Part shown: piece after piece, positions 11,598 to 23,617 of the stretch
How the letters are laid out: each line of letters starts with the position of its first letter
How positions within the stretch are numbered: position 1 is the first letter of the stretch
Notes under the pieces: model-generated
Told to the model about the DNA's origin: nothing
The model's input: the letters and a program-made list of their open reading frames with translations, nothing else
Databases searched by the model: none
NCBI RefSeq assembly: GCF_009914755.1
Contig: NC_060929.1
Direction: 5' to 3' (one strand)
Source of the DNA: the human T2T-CHM13v2.0 reference genome, Homo sapiens
Length of the DNA stretch: 64,000 nucleotides
Program-made: the position numbers and the translations under genes

Positions 11598-13940
11598 ATA
11601 TTCATTCATTCAACAAATCTTTATTGGGTGTCCATTGTGTGCTGGGCACCATTCTAGGGGCTAATATTCCAGTGGGAGAGAGAGATGCTAAACATGAAAC
11701 TATAAACTGGGTATCAGCATAAGTGATTCACAGGGTATGTTACTGGGAAGCCTCGTTGAGAGGCCGGGTGGTCAGGGAAGCCTCGATCAGAGGGAGGGTG
11801 GTCAGGGAAGCCTTGATGAGAGGCCAGGTAGTCAGGGAAGCCTCGATGAGAGGCCGGGTGGTCAGGGAAGGCTCGATGAGAGGCAGGGTGGTCGGGGAAG
11901 CCTCGATGGGAGGCAGGGTGGTCGGGGAAGCCTCGATGGGAGGCAGGGTGGTCGGGGAAGGCTCGATGAGAGGCCGGGTGGTCGGGGAAGCCTCGATGGG
12001 AGGCCGGGTGGTCGGGGAAGCCTCGATGAGAGGCCGGGTGGTCGGGGAAGCCTTGATGAGAGGCCGGGTGGTCGGGGAAGGCTCGATGGGAGGCAGGGTG
12101 GTCGGGGAAGCCTCGATGGGAGGCAGGGTGGTCGGGGAAGCCTCGATGGGAGGCAGGGTGGTCGGGGAAGGCTCGATGAGAGGCCGGGTGGTCGGGGAAG
12201 CCTCGATGAGAGGCCGGGTGGTCGGGGAAGCCTCGATGGGAGGCCGGGTGGTCGGGGAAGCCTCGATGGGAGGCCGGGTGGTCGGGGAAGGCTCGATGAG
12301 AGGCCGGGTGGTCGGGGAAGGCTCGATGAGAGGCCGGGTGGTCGGGGAAGGCTCGATGGGAGGCAGGGTGGTCAGGGAAGGCTCGATGAGAGGCCGGGTG
12401 GTCGGGGAAGCCTCGATGAGAGGCCGGGTGGTCGGGGAAGGCTCGATGAGAGGCCGGGTGGTCGGGGAAGCCTCGATGAGAGGCCGGGTGGTCGGGGAAG
12501 GCTCGATGAGAGGCCGGGTGGTCGGGGAAGCCTTGATGGGAGGCAGGGTGGTCGGGGAAGCCTCGATGAGAGGCCGGGTGGTCGGGGAAGCCTCGATGAG
12601 AGGCCGGGTGGTCGGGGAAGGCTCGATGGGAGGCAGGGTGGTCGGGGAAGCCTCGATGGGAGGCAGGGTGGTCGGGGAAGCCTCGATGGGAGGCAGGGTG
12701 GTCGGGGAAGCCTCGATGGGAGGCAGGGTGGTCGGGGAAGGCTCGATGAGAGGCCGGGTGGTCGGGGAAGCCTCGATGGGAGGCCGGGTGGTCGGGGAAG
12801 CCTCGATGGGAGGCCGGGTGGTCGGGGAAGCCTCGATGAGAGGCCGGGTGGTCGGGGAAGCCTCGATGGGAGGCCGGGTGGTCGGGGAAGGCTCGATGGG
12901 AGGCCGGGTGGTCGGGGAAGCCTCGATGAGAGGCCGGGTGGTCGGGGAAGCCTCGATGGGAGGCCGGGTGGTCGGGGAAGCCTCGATGGGAGGCAGGGTG
13001 GTCGGGGAAGCCTCGATGGGAGGCAGGGTGGTCGGGGAAGCCTCGATGGGAGGCAGGGTGGTCGGGGAAGCCTCGATGGGAGGCAGGGTGGTCGGGGAAG
13101 GCTCGATGAGAGGCCGGGTGGTCGGGGAAGCCTCGATGGGAGGCCGGGTGGTCGGGGAAGCCTCGATGGGAGGCAGGGTGGTCGGGGAAGCCTCGATGGG
13201 AGGCCGGGTGGTCGGGGAAGCCTCGATGAGAGGCCGGGTGGTCGGGGAAGCCTCGATGAGAGGCCGGGTGGTCGGGGAAGCCTCGATGGGAGGCCGGGTG
13301 GTCGGGGAAGGCTCGATGGGAGGCAGGGTGGTCGGGGAAGGCTCGATGGGAGGCAGGGTGGTCGGGGAAGCCTCGATGAGAGGCCGGGTGGTCGGGGAAG
13401 CCTCGATGGGAGGCAGGGTGGTCGGGGAAGCCTTGATGAGAGGCCGGGTGGTCGGGGAAGGCTCGATGAGAGGCCGGGTGGTCGGGGAAGCCTCGATGAG
13501 AGGCCGGGTGGTCGGGGAAGGCTCGATGAGAGGCCGGGTGGTCGGGGAAGCCTCGATGAGAGGCCGGGTGGTCGGGGAAGCCTCGATGGGAGGCCGGGTG
13601 GTCGGGGAAGCCTCGATGGGAGGCCGGGTGGTCGGGGAAGCCTCGATGGGAGGCAGGGTGGTCGGGGAAGGCTCGATGGGAGGCCGGGTGGTCAGGGAAG
13701 GCTCGATGAGAGGCCGGGTGGTCGGGGAAGCCTCGATGGGAGGCAGGGTGGTCAGGGAAGGCTCGATGAGAGGCCGGGTGGTCAGGGAAGCCTCGATGAG
13801 AGGCAGCGAGCAGACATACGCAGGAGGGAGGGGTCGGGCCAGGCAGAGATCGGGGAGTGTGTGTGGGGCAGAGGGAACTGTGGGTGAAGTTCTGTGTCTG
13901 AGGTGTGCCTGGCATGTGGGGAGGCCTGTGGCTGGAGGAG
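11598..13940 (-). mobile_element. L2 LINE 3' portion split by the 30-bp VNTR
   Basis: CATTCATTCAACAAAT...GTGCTGGGCACCATTCTAGG at ~11600 is an antisense L2 3' end. L2-like GGCAGAGGGAAC...GTGCCTGGCATG...TGTGGCTGGAG resumes after the array. Confidence 0.65.
11745..13806. repeat. 30-bp G-rich minisatellite (VNTR), ~69 copies
   Basis: Unit GGGAAG(C/G)CTCGATG(A/G)GAGGC(C/A)GGGTGGTC(G/A) in strict 30-bp register with no indels. Confidence 0.98.
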
Positions 13941-14559
13941 AGGCATTGGGGCCTGGCCCCGCCTCTCACACTCACACACACCTCCTGCTCCAACCACCGT
14001 CCCTGGGTTATGGATGCAGTGGCATTCAAGACACTGCAGTGTCCACACCCTGGGGCCCTGGTTCTGTTTGTCCCCAGAGAAAAACAGGCTGGCCCTGAAA
14101 CACTCCTTTTTCTTCCACGGCTGATGCTGGCGAGCACACCTGCAGTGTCTGTGAGGGTGCTGCCATCTGTCACTGAGGGCCAGGCCGGGACAGGTGCCAC
14201 ACGTGCAATGTGAGGGCTCAACACACAGCCATTTCCAAGGCTGTGCTGACTCCACGGGAGCGTGGAGGTCTCTGAGCTCAGGCATCCTGTGGATGGCCAC
14301 AGCATCCTGGGATGGACCAGTGCTGCAAGAGCCGGTCTGCCAGAATGTTTATGCAAACTCAGAAAGACGTTTTTGCTCTTTTTCATGAAATTAAAAATTT
14401 TAAAAGATCTAGTCCACACATATTCAAGAAAAGTATAACTAACAATTCCTCAGTATAGGACAAACAGACTTTCCACCCCTGATGGCTCAAGAAGGGGGCG
14501 TTTGATACCCCCACTTCCTTCTCCAGATGTTGCAACGTTTACTCCCTTTGTAGAAAATC

Positions 14560-14715
14560 TCTTCCTGTCTTTCTCTGTCTGCCCGTCTCCCCACTTGCCT
14601 CCCCCTCCCCCTCTCGCCCCCCTCCCATGATCCCCCCTCTCTCCCCCACACTCTCTCCCCCTCGCTCTCCCCTCCCTGCTCCTCCCCCCCCTCCATCCCC
14701 TTCTCGCCTCACCTT
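14560..14715. repeat. Polypyrimidine (C/T-rich) low-complexity tract
   Basis: Runs such as CCCCTCCCCCTCTCGCCCCCCTCCC and CTCCCCCCCCTCC. Confidence 0.85.
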
Positions 14716-14719
14716 TCTG

Positions 14720-14975
14720 ATTGACTCTGTCCCCTTCACATTGAGCCGCTGTCCCCACCACTCTGTGGATGCTGCTCTGAGGTCACCAGTGATCTATCTG
14801 TTGCTAAATCTAATGATCAGTTCTCAGTTCCCATCTTGATGGACCAATAGCATTTAGCCAAGATTTGTCATTTTCCCCCTTTTAAAACACTTTCTTCCTT
14901 GGACCTGGGACATGAAACCCTTCTTCCTACCTCACTGGCTGCTCCTTTGCAACAGCCTTTGTTGGTTCATCCATA
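14720..14975 (+). mobile_element. L2 LINE fragment upstream of the L1 insertion
   Basis: TTGCTAAATCTAATGATCAGTTCTCAGT and TTCCTACCTCACTGGCTGCTCC match the L2 interior as recalled. Confidence 0.6.
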
Positions 14976-15079
14976 TTTTGGACTTTTGCAACCAAAAGTT
15001 TTTATCTAGAAATCTGTCATAACACATTATTTTTTATAATCAGTTATAATTCATGATTGAGTGGTTATAGTACTGCTAT

Positions 15080-17480
15080 TATTTTGTATTGTGGTAGAGT
15101 ATATGCAATAATTACAATTCTAACCATTTGTTGAGTGTAGCTTCTAGTGGCATTTAAATATGTTCACAATTTGTATAACTATCGTCACTATCTATACCCA
15201 ACACTTTCCCTATCCCAGACATCAACTCTGTACCCGGGTGAGAACTCCCCATTTCTCTCTTGCCCAGGCTGTGGTAATGTCTACATTTTCTCCTTATGAA
15301 TCTGCCTGTTCAAGTTCCCTTATAGAAGTGGGATCATACAGTATCGGTCCTTTCATGTCTGCATGGACACTTGGTTTGTTTCTATCTTTTGGCGGTAGTG
15401 ATTAATGCCATGAATGTTGGTGTACAGATATCTGTTCAAGTCCCTACTTTCAGTTCTTTTGGATCTGCCAACTAGGAGTGGAATGCCTGGGTCCTATGGT
15501 ACATCTATGTTTCACTCTTTGAGGCACCACCAGACTTTTCTGCAGTGGCTACACAATCTTACATTCCCCCTAACCTGTGGGTACCAACTTCTCCACATCC
15601 TAGCCAACACTCACTTAGCATGAAAAAAGTATATTACTAGAGCCATTCTAGCAGGCATGAAGTAGTATCATTATGGTTTTGATTTGTAGTTCTGTAATAA
15701 CTAATGTTGAGCATCATTTCATGTGCTTATTTGTCTATCTTCTTTGCAGAAATGTCTATTCAACTTACTTGCCCATTTTTAAATTGGGTTGTTTTGTTGT
15801 TGAGTTTTAGTTCTTCATATATTCTGGAAATTAGGCCCTTATCAGATATGTGATTTGCAGATATTTTCTCCACTTGGCAGATTGTCTTTTTGCTTTCTTG
15901 AGAGTGTGCTTCAATGTAAAAAAAGGTCTTATTTTGATGAAACTCATTATCTAACTTCATTTCCAATGCTTTTGCTTTAATATCCATGAAATTGTTGCCA
16001 AATCCAATGCCATGAAGATTTACTTCAGTGTTTTCCTTGAGAGTTTTATAGTTTTAGCTCTTAAGTTTAGGTCTTTGATTCATTTTGAGTTAATTTTTTA
16101 CAGGTGTAAGGTGAGCTTTAACTTCATTCTTCTGCATATGGATATCCAGTTTTCCCAGTGCCATTTGATGAAAAGACTGTCCTTTACACAGTGAATGTTC
16201 TTGGCACCCTTGCCAAAAATCATTTGACTGTCTATGTTAAGCATTTATTTCCAGGCTCTCTTTTCTATTCTGTTGGTCTGTCCTGATGGTAGTACTGTAC
16301 TGTTTTAATTACTGTAGCTTTGGGGTACATTTCAAATTCAGGAAGTATGTATGAGTCTTCTAATTTTGTTATTCTTTTTCCAAGATTGTTTTTGCTATTT
16401 GGGGCCCCTTGCAATTCCACGTGAATTTGGGGACCTGCTTTTTCATTTCTGCAAAAAAAAAAGCCATTGCAATGTTGACAGAGATTGCATTGAATCTGTA
16501 GATCATTTTGATGAGTATTTACGTCCTAGCAATGTTGTCTTTCTATCTATGAACATGACATTGGCTTTCCATATATTTGTTTCTTGAACTTCTTCCTCAA
16601 TATTTTGTAGTTTTTAGCATACAAATCTTTCACTTCCTTGGTTAAACTTATTTCTAGGTATTTAATTCTTTTGGATGCTATTGTAAATAGAATTGCTTTC
16701 TTAATTTCCTTTTCATATTGTTCATTGCTGTTGTATAGAAATACAAATACCGATTTTCACATGTTAATCTTGTACCCTGTAACTGTTGAATTTTTGTATT
16801 AGCTCTAGTAGCTTTTTGTGTATTCTTTGGAATTTTCTCTATATAGGAACATGTTACCTGTGAATAGAGTTTTACCTCATCCTTTTCAATTTGAAAGTCT
16901 TTCATTTATTTATTTTTTGTTGGTTGTCTCTGTTGCTGTCGCTGGAACTTGCAGCAGAGTGTTGACTAGACATGGCAGCAGTGGGCACTTGTCTTCTTCC
17001 TGATCTTGGGGAAAATGTTCAGTCTTGCCATTGAGTATGATGTTAGCTGTGGGTTTTTCATAAATACTTTGTATTACTTGAGGAATTTTCTCCCATCCTT
17101 GTTTTCCAAGAACTTTTTTTCTGAAAGGGTATTGCATTTTCAGAAGCCCTTTCTGCATCGATTGAGATGATCGTGTGGGTTTTCTCCCTTCGTGCTGCTA
17201 CTGCAGTGCACGACATTGACTGATTTTCTTATATTGAACCACCCCTGTGTTCTTGGGATAAATCCCACTCGGTCATGGTGAATAGTCCTTTTAACATACT
17301 ATTCCCTGACTTTCTTTTGAGGCTTTTTGCATCTGTAGTCATAAGGGATATTGGTGTGTAGTTTTTCTTTACTCACAATGTCTTCATCTGGCTTTGGTAT
17401 CTGAGAAGGGCTGGCCTCCTACCATATGTTAGGAAGCGGTCCCTCCATTCCAGTTTTTAAAAAGAGTTTGTGAAAGAGAT
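15080..17480 (-). mobile_element. Old L1 (L1M/L1MB-type), ORF2 3' half and 3' UTR, decayed
   Basis: Minus-strand ORF pieces KISANHISDKGLISRIYEEL and SIYEKPTANIILNG are L1 ORF2 motifs; T-rich + strand. Confidence 0.9.
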
Positions 17481-17499
17481 CTATCTACTCTTGTGACTT

Positions 17500-18755
17500 C
17501 TAAGCATGGACACATTTCCTGGCCCAGTCCTGGTTCCTCCTCCCCTCTGTCCACACACTTAGTTCCACCTGTCTAGACACAACTGTGTGGTAGATGGTTC
17601 TAGAACCACATCTCTAACCCAACCGCTACTCCAAGCACCAAACTCATACAGCAGTCAGTCCACTCAGTATGTTCAATAGGCATCTCAATCTTAATATGGC
17701 ATTTCCCCCCAGACATGCTTCTCCAGTCTCTCCCATCTCAGTCAGTGGAAACACCTTCCACCTGCTGGTCAGGCCCCAAATCCTTGAATTGCTGTGTTGG
17801 TGCTGACTCGTGACTGCAGACAGCAGAATCCGCTATAGCTAATTTAAGCAGTGAGGATATGTGTGAAGCCATTGGGTAGATCATAGCATCCATGGGAGAG
17901 TCAGGAAACCAGAACAGCGAGAAACAACCACAACCCTGGAGAAACACCCAGCCACGCTGTAGGACTGTGTTAGGGAAACCCCCCTCCCCGTCCCCTGCTG
18001 CTCAGCACCAACAATGCCAGGGACGGGACCCAGAAGAACCAAACACCTCAACATCCATCTGCTGTGTCCAGCCCGATTCCTGTGTTCCTTCCACATCTCA
18101 TGTGGTGCATCTCCTGGCAAAACCGGGCACATCTGCACACCAGCTGCAAGGGATCCCGGAGCGTGGCATTATGGCCTCCAGCTTCTGCACACTGGAGGGC
18201 ACACCCGGCGGGGGGGGCGGTGGCAGGGTCACTAATTCAGTGTCTGCCTCTGTGCTCTTTGGGTTCTGTCTCCGCAGCCAGCTTTTCAGCAGTCCTGCCC
18301 CCTCTGCCTTTACAGGTCCTGCTTTGACCATTTCCCATGACCTCTGTCACTCCCCTGGAACCCAACCTCATCACTTTCACCAAGATCAGGCATCCACTTC
18401 CCGATCTCCTGCCTCCGCCTGCTGAGCTCTCTGAAATGTAAGTCGGAACAGGTCGCTTCCTTTCTAACTCCATCCCCTCTGAGTGTCCCCACTTTCGCTG
18501 TGTTTGTGAGCTCACCAGATCTGCCCCCCCCCACCCCATAGGGCCTTTGCACAGGTGGCTCCTTTGCCTTCAAGTCCCAGGTAGCTTCCTCTCAGTGTCT
18601 GCTCAGCCTGCCCCATCAGAGAGGCCTTCCTTGACCGGATTTGTGTTCTGTCCACTGGTTTATTTCCCTCCACTGGAATGTCAGCTTCCCAGAGATGGGG
18701 GCTGTGCTGTGACTACCAGTAGTAGTTGATCAGTAAGTACTTTTTGAATAAACCA
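17500..18755 (+). mobile_element. Continuation of the L2 (fragmented) to its 3' end
   Basis: AATAGGCATCTCAATCTTAATATG, GGGCCTTTGCAC and CCACTGGAATGTCAGCTTCC resemble L2 3' segments; the middle of this span is not clearly L2. Confidence 0.45.
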
Positions 18756-19389
18756 AGCTATGTTAATAGTCCATGTTTTGGAAAAACTCCCTAGAAAACA
18801 TCCCTAATTCCATGGATCCATGGCAAAGAAAGAACCAGATCTGTAGAAACGGGCTGGAGAAGCTCACAAAGGACTCCTGGGCTGAGAAAGCCCCACACGG
18901 TCCCACTTTCTTTCTGTATAGTGGAGGTGTGGCAGGGGTGAGCTCCTACCACGGGCCCCAAAGTCTCCAGTAAGAGTGAGATTCCGGGCTGCACCCTGAC
19001 CAGGCGCCACTGGGTCACTGCTGACCGTCCTGGAGGTGCTGAACAGGGATGAAGCCGTTTATTCTGGAGGCATGCCAGCATTCTTGGGTCCTGCTCTGGC
19101 AGGAGCTGTGGGGCCACACAGGCTTAGAAAGGTGGCTCCCATCCTGGACAGCACCGTGGGCAGTACTGTCACGAGGACGGGCTGGGAGGAGGGTGTGGCA
19201 GGGGTGTTGGGGGCCTCAGGTAGGGGCCAGCACAGAGGGACACCCAGATACCCAGCACAGAGGGCAGGAACAGGTCAGCTCCCTGCCTGGGCTCAGGGAT
19301 GGGGCTGGAGGTTCTAGGAAGCAGAGCAAGTAAGCAGGACAGGGAACAGTGAGAACACAGGTGTAGATGGAGAATCAAGGCGGGGCGCA

Positions 19390-19610
19390 GCCAGGGATTC
19401 CAGGGAGGAGTAGACAGAAACTCAAGGGAGGGAGGCCTCGAGGGGATCCCAGGGAGGTGTGGACAGGGATTCTAGGAAGGAGTAGACAGAGACTCAAGGA
19501 GGCCTCGACGGAGATCCCAGGGAGACTGACTGCCTGCTGCATAGGAGGGAGGCTCCCAGCTGTGTCCCTGAGCTGCATAGGAGGGAGGCTCCCAGCTGTG
19601 TCCCTGAGCT
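19390..19610. repeat. Two small tandem duplications (~73-bp diverged pair; 36-bp exact pair)
   Basis: CAGGGATTC..GGAGTAGACAGA.ACTCAAGG occurs twice. GCTGCATAGGAGGGAGGCTCCCAGCTGTGTCCCTGA occurs at 19536 and 19572. Confidence 0.85.
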
Positions 19611-20548
19611 TCATCCACTCTGTAACCTGTGACAAAACGGAGCATTATCTGTCAATGAGCACATCTGTGCCGCAGTTTTTGGGATGGTGCCAGGGTAGGG
19701 GTGAGGGACAAGTTGAGGGGACAGGTTGAGGTGGGGTCCCTGTGAGGCCCTCCTGGACGGAGTGGACCTTATGAGACACTCCCTAGCTGAATTCCCAGCA
19801 GGAAGCTGGTGCCCAGAGCACCCTGGACTAACGGGCGGGAGAGGGACTTTGTTTTGGGAGGCTCTTTGTAGATCAAGGCATTAAAATTGCACCTTTGGGG
19901 AAAGCATGTTCCAGAGCACCAGACACCCCGAGGCACCCTGAGTTGTGGGGGGGGAGGGTGATGGAATTTGGGGCCCTCGCTGAAGCCCTTCATTATCCAA
20001 GCCAGGCGCGGGGTGGCACGTAGTTCCCACAGCGGCCCCTGGACGGAGGAGAGGGCCTGGGCCGTCCACACCTGCAGAAATCTGGAGCTGGTCCGCCTAG
20101 ACCAGGGGAAATCGGGGTCCCGTCCGGGTACACTGGCAGAACTCAGGGGTCAGATCCTCTGCCCTGGAGCATTCAGATTTGTGCCTCTACGTTATGGAAA
20201 CCAGGGGCCCGTCCGGGTGCAACGTGGCATCCACAAAATGGCAGGTCCCCGAGCTCCGGGCTCCGAGAGAACAAAAGCAGAAGCCACTGCCGCCCGCGCT
20301 CGGGGAGGAGCCGCCCAGGTGGGCGCGTCCGGGGCTAGGCGGGAGCTGCGCAGCCGGGTCCAGGGGAGACGCCCCGCCCCGGCCGGACCCTCGGAGCCTC
20401 CTAGGGGAGACCCCGGCCCCGCCCCTCTCTCGCCCGGATCGGGCGGGGCCCCGGGAACGCGCGCGGCGAAGGCGGCCTCGGCCCAGTGCACAGCGGGACC
20501 AGGCAGAGTTCGGGGAAAGCGTCGGAGTTCGGGAGACCAGGGTCCAGC

Positions 20549-20593
20549 ATGGGTTTCAGCACAGCAGACGGCGGGGGCGGCCCAGGCGCCCGG
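20549..20593 (+). CDS. PLEKHG4B: PLEKHG4B coding exon 1 (MGFSTADGGGGPGAR)
   Basis: ATG in strong Kozak context (agcATGg), 15 codons, then donor CGG|GTAAGA at 20594 in phase 0. It joins exon 2 in frame and matches the N-terminus of the long PLEKHG4B isoform as I recall it. Confidence 0.85.
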
Positions 20594-20619
20594 GTAAGAG
20601 GGGGCACGGGGACTGCGGC

Positions 20620-21458
20620 GGGTGGGGGCGCGAGCGGACGCGGGAGTAGGGGCGGGTGGGGGCGCGGGGGTAGGGGCGGGGTGGGGGCGCCGGGGTAGGG
20701 GCGGGGTGGGGGCGCCGGGGTAGGGGCGGGGTGGGGGCGCCGGGGTAGGGGCGGGGTGGGGGCGCCGGGGTAGGGGCGGGGTGGGGGCGCGGGGGTAGGG
20801 GCGGGGTGGGGGCGCCGGAGTAGGGGCGGGTGGGGGCGCGGGGGTAGGGGTGGGGTGGGGGCGCCGGGGTAGGGGCGGGGTGGGGGCGCCGGGGTAGGGG
20901 CGGGGTGGGGGCGCGGGGGTAGGGGCGGGTGGGGGCGCGGGGGTAGGGGCGGGGTGGGGGCGCCGGGGTAGGGGCGGGGTGGGGGCGCCGGGGTAGGGGC
21001 GGGGTGGGGGCGCCGGGGTAGGGGCGGGGTGGGGGCGCCGGGGTAGGGGCGGGGTGGGGGCGCGGGGGTAGGGGCGGGGTGGGGGCGCGGGGGTAGGGGC
21101 GGGGTGGGGGCGCCGGAGTAGGGGCGGGTGGGGGCGCGGGGGTAGGGGTGGGGTGGGGGCGCCGGGGTAGGGGCGGGTGGGGGCGCGGGGGTAGGGGTGG
21201 GGTGGGGGCGCCGGAGTAGGGGCGGGTGGGGGCGCGGGGGTAGGGGTGGGGTGGGGGCGCCGGAGTAGGGGCGGGTGGGGGCGCCGGGGTAGGGGCGGGT
21301 GGGGGCGCGGGGGTAGGGGTGGGGTGGGGGCGCCGGAGTAGGGGCGGGTGGGGGCGCGGGGGTAGGGGTGGGGTGGGGGCGCGAGCGGACGCGGGAGTAG
21401 GGGCGGGTGGGGGCGCCGGGGTAGGGGCGGGTGGGGGCGCGGGGGTAGGGGCGGGGTG
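20620..21458 (+). repeat. 24/25-bp extremely G-rich VNTR at the start of intron 1, ~34 copies
   Basis: Unit GGGGGCGCCGGGGTAGGGGCGGGGT with minor variants; four G-runs per unit. Confidence 0.97.
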
Positions 21459-23014
21459 AAGGCGCGAGCATCAAGGCGGGCGGGCGCGGGGACTGGGGTG
21501 GGAGGGGGCGCGGGTACCCAGACGTGCTGGGGGTCCTGGCGTGGGTCCTGGGACCTGCCGGCGGCTGCTGCGGGAACGGGAGGGAGCTTCTTCAGGCACC
21601 CTTTTCCTTGTAACCTCGTGAATACTCGGGAGAAGAAATAACGCTTTCTGGACAGATTTGCCCTCTCGGTGCCTGAAGGGGAGCCAGGGGAGGGGAGTCT
21701 GAAATCTCATCGCCAAAACTGAGAGTTGCTAAGTTACTCTTCAGCTCAAACCGGTGGGACAGAACAGTGATCTGTGGTGGCCCGGAACAAAGAGAATTTT
21801 TACTTAAAAATACCAAGATTGACTTTTGTGTTGGAGTGCTAGTTGATTTGAGTAAGAAACATTTGCTAGTAAAACAAGACAGTTATTTCAGCTTTGGTGA
21901 AAGAGTGATAAAGCTGTTTTCAGGTTTTTCATGTGAGTTGCAAAAAGTATATTGGGTTTGCCTTTCCCTGTTTCGTGTGAAACTAAAGAGTGGTTGAGGT
22001 GAGGTAATTACACTCTACTCCTGTTACCCAACAGCACTTTTGCCTAAAAAGTTTAGTTGGTACGTCTAGGTGTCTAATTAAGAATTGAAACATATAATTT
22101 AAAAATTAAGTTAAATGTCATTGAAACGGTGCATAATTGATACTTTTGACTGAGCCTTAGGCAGCTGGGTGGGTCCTGAATCAAGATTCCTGGGAAGGTA
22201 GGTTTCTCAGCTTCCCGAAGAGATTTAATGTAAATCTTCATGTAATGTGGACAAAGGTGAGTTTTAGCTTTCAATTTCCCTGAGCCTGCCTCGAATTCAC
22301 AAAATTCCAGGCTCTCTGGGTCAGAAGGAACTTCGGAGATCTTGAGGAGGCCGCCGTCTCCGAGATTCTGTGATATATTCAGCATTTCCATTCCCTATGG
22401 GATCACAACCCACTGGGAAGCAGTGTTTGGTGACCCCCCCACCGAGAAGTGGGTTCATATTCCTGCTTCTGAGGAGATACCAGGTTTTTATTTCACTGTG
22501 CGGCATCCGGTGTGCAAATGCAGATGTGGCCTGGGCTGGGAGCACACAGGCTTGACCCCGCAGGCAGCCGGTAGGCCAGGGTGTCAGGTCCCCTGTGTTA
22601 GCCGGAGCCTTCTCATCTTTTATCCTGGTAGAGGGGCGCTGCTGGCCTTTCTGGGGGGTGGGTCTAGTCTGAAATCACCTTTGTGGGATCTGTGGCACTG
22701 GCTAGCTCTCAAGCTGGCCGGTGGTCTCAAAGGAATTCTTCGTTACTTGTAAAGTAGCCCAGAAATGCTGGGCTGAGGAAGTAATTTGCCCCAAGGCTCC
22801 CTGAGACCTGTATTCACAGGTTGTATCATCCAGCCAAACACAGGAGGCCCCAGATCCCCAGATCTCAGAGATTTTTGTGGGAAATCATCTGAGTCTAGCT
22901 CAGACACCACTGCCTCCCTCCTTCCAAACAGAATGAGTTTGTCCTCTCTTTGCGTTTGAACAAAAGTCAGGCCATCTAGAGCCTCCTAACTCTCACCTCA
23001 GACCTCCAAGGTGG

Positions 23015-23115
23015 GGCTACTCATTCTATAGATAGTGGAAATTGAGGCTTCAACACCTGCCCAGCATCTCACTGCCAAGAAGCAGCAAAGCTAGGTTTGA
23101 GCCAAACTCAAGGTC
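23015..23115 (-). mobile_element. MIR SINE fragment
   Basis: CATTCTATAGAT...GGAAATTGAGGCT...GCTAGGTTTGAGCC resembles the antisense MIR core. Confidence 0.5.
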
Positions 23116-23391
23116 CTGGTTCTCCTTCTCCCCTCAAGGGCCCTGAAATTTTGGTGCCTCTCCTGGCTGATACAGCATCAGTGCTTCTGTGCCCTGCGGC
23201 AGCGGTTCTGTTCCCCACCTGGGTCGCCCCACACCTGGCAGGGCAGGTGCTCCCTGTGGACAGGCCAGTGCTGTTGGGTCCAGCCAAGACCTCAGGTGCC
23301 ACGTGTGTGGTGAGGGGCTCCCTTCTTCCACCATGCTGTTGAAGACAGAGCCTCAGACTTTGTCTGACCCGAGACCCCAACGTGCTTCTGA

Positions 23392-23617
23392 GCAGGGGGA
23401 GAGTGAAGAGGGGTAGGCTGGGATGAGTGGGTGGCGGGGCTGGAGGGGGTTGAGAGGTGGCAGGTTCCATCCTGAAAGTGTTGGTTCTGGGCCTGGGAAT
23501 CTGGGCAGGGGGAGAGTGAAGAGGGGTAGGCTGGGATGAGTGGCTGGCGGGGCTGGAGGGGGTTGAGAGGTGGCAGGTTCCATCCTGAAGGTGTTGGTCC
23601 TGGGCCTGGGAATCTGG
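23392..23617. repeat. 113-bp tandem duplication (3 mismatches)
   Basis: GCAGGGGGAGAGTGAAGAGG starts at 23392 and 23505. Confidence 0.93.

Larger units (their letters stand above)
19990..21600 (+). promoter_or_regulatory. PLEKHG4B: CpG island promoter of PLEKHG4B
   Basis: Very high GC and CpG density; GC boxes (GCCCCGCCC at 20371 and another at ~20417); YY1-like CAAAATGGC at ~20234; no TATA box; contains coding exon 1. The TSS cannot be placed from sequence. Confidence 0.85.

Noticed and set aside
11723-14098. 791-aa and 716-aa plus-strand ORFs with RGG-like repeats
   Set aside because: They arise from a stop-free 30-bp unit; there is no promoter, splice or domain evidence, and the flanks are L2-derived.
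20401-21474. 357-aa proline-rich, extensin-like minus-strand ORF
   Set aside because: It is the C-rich strand of the G-rich VNTR.
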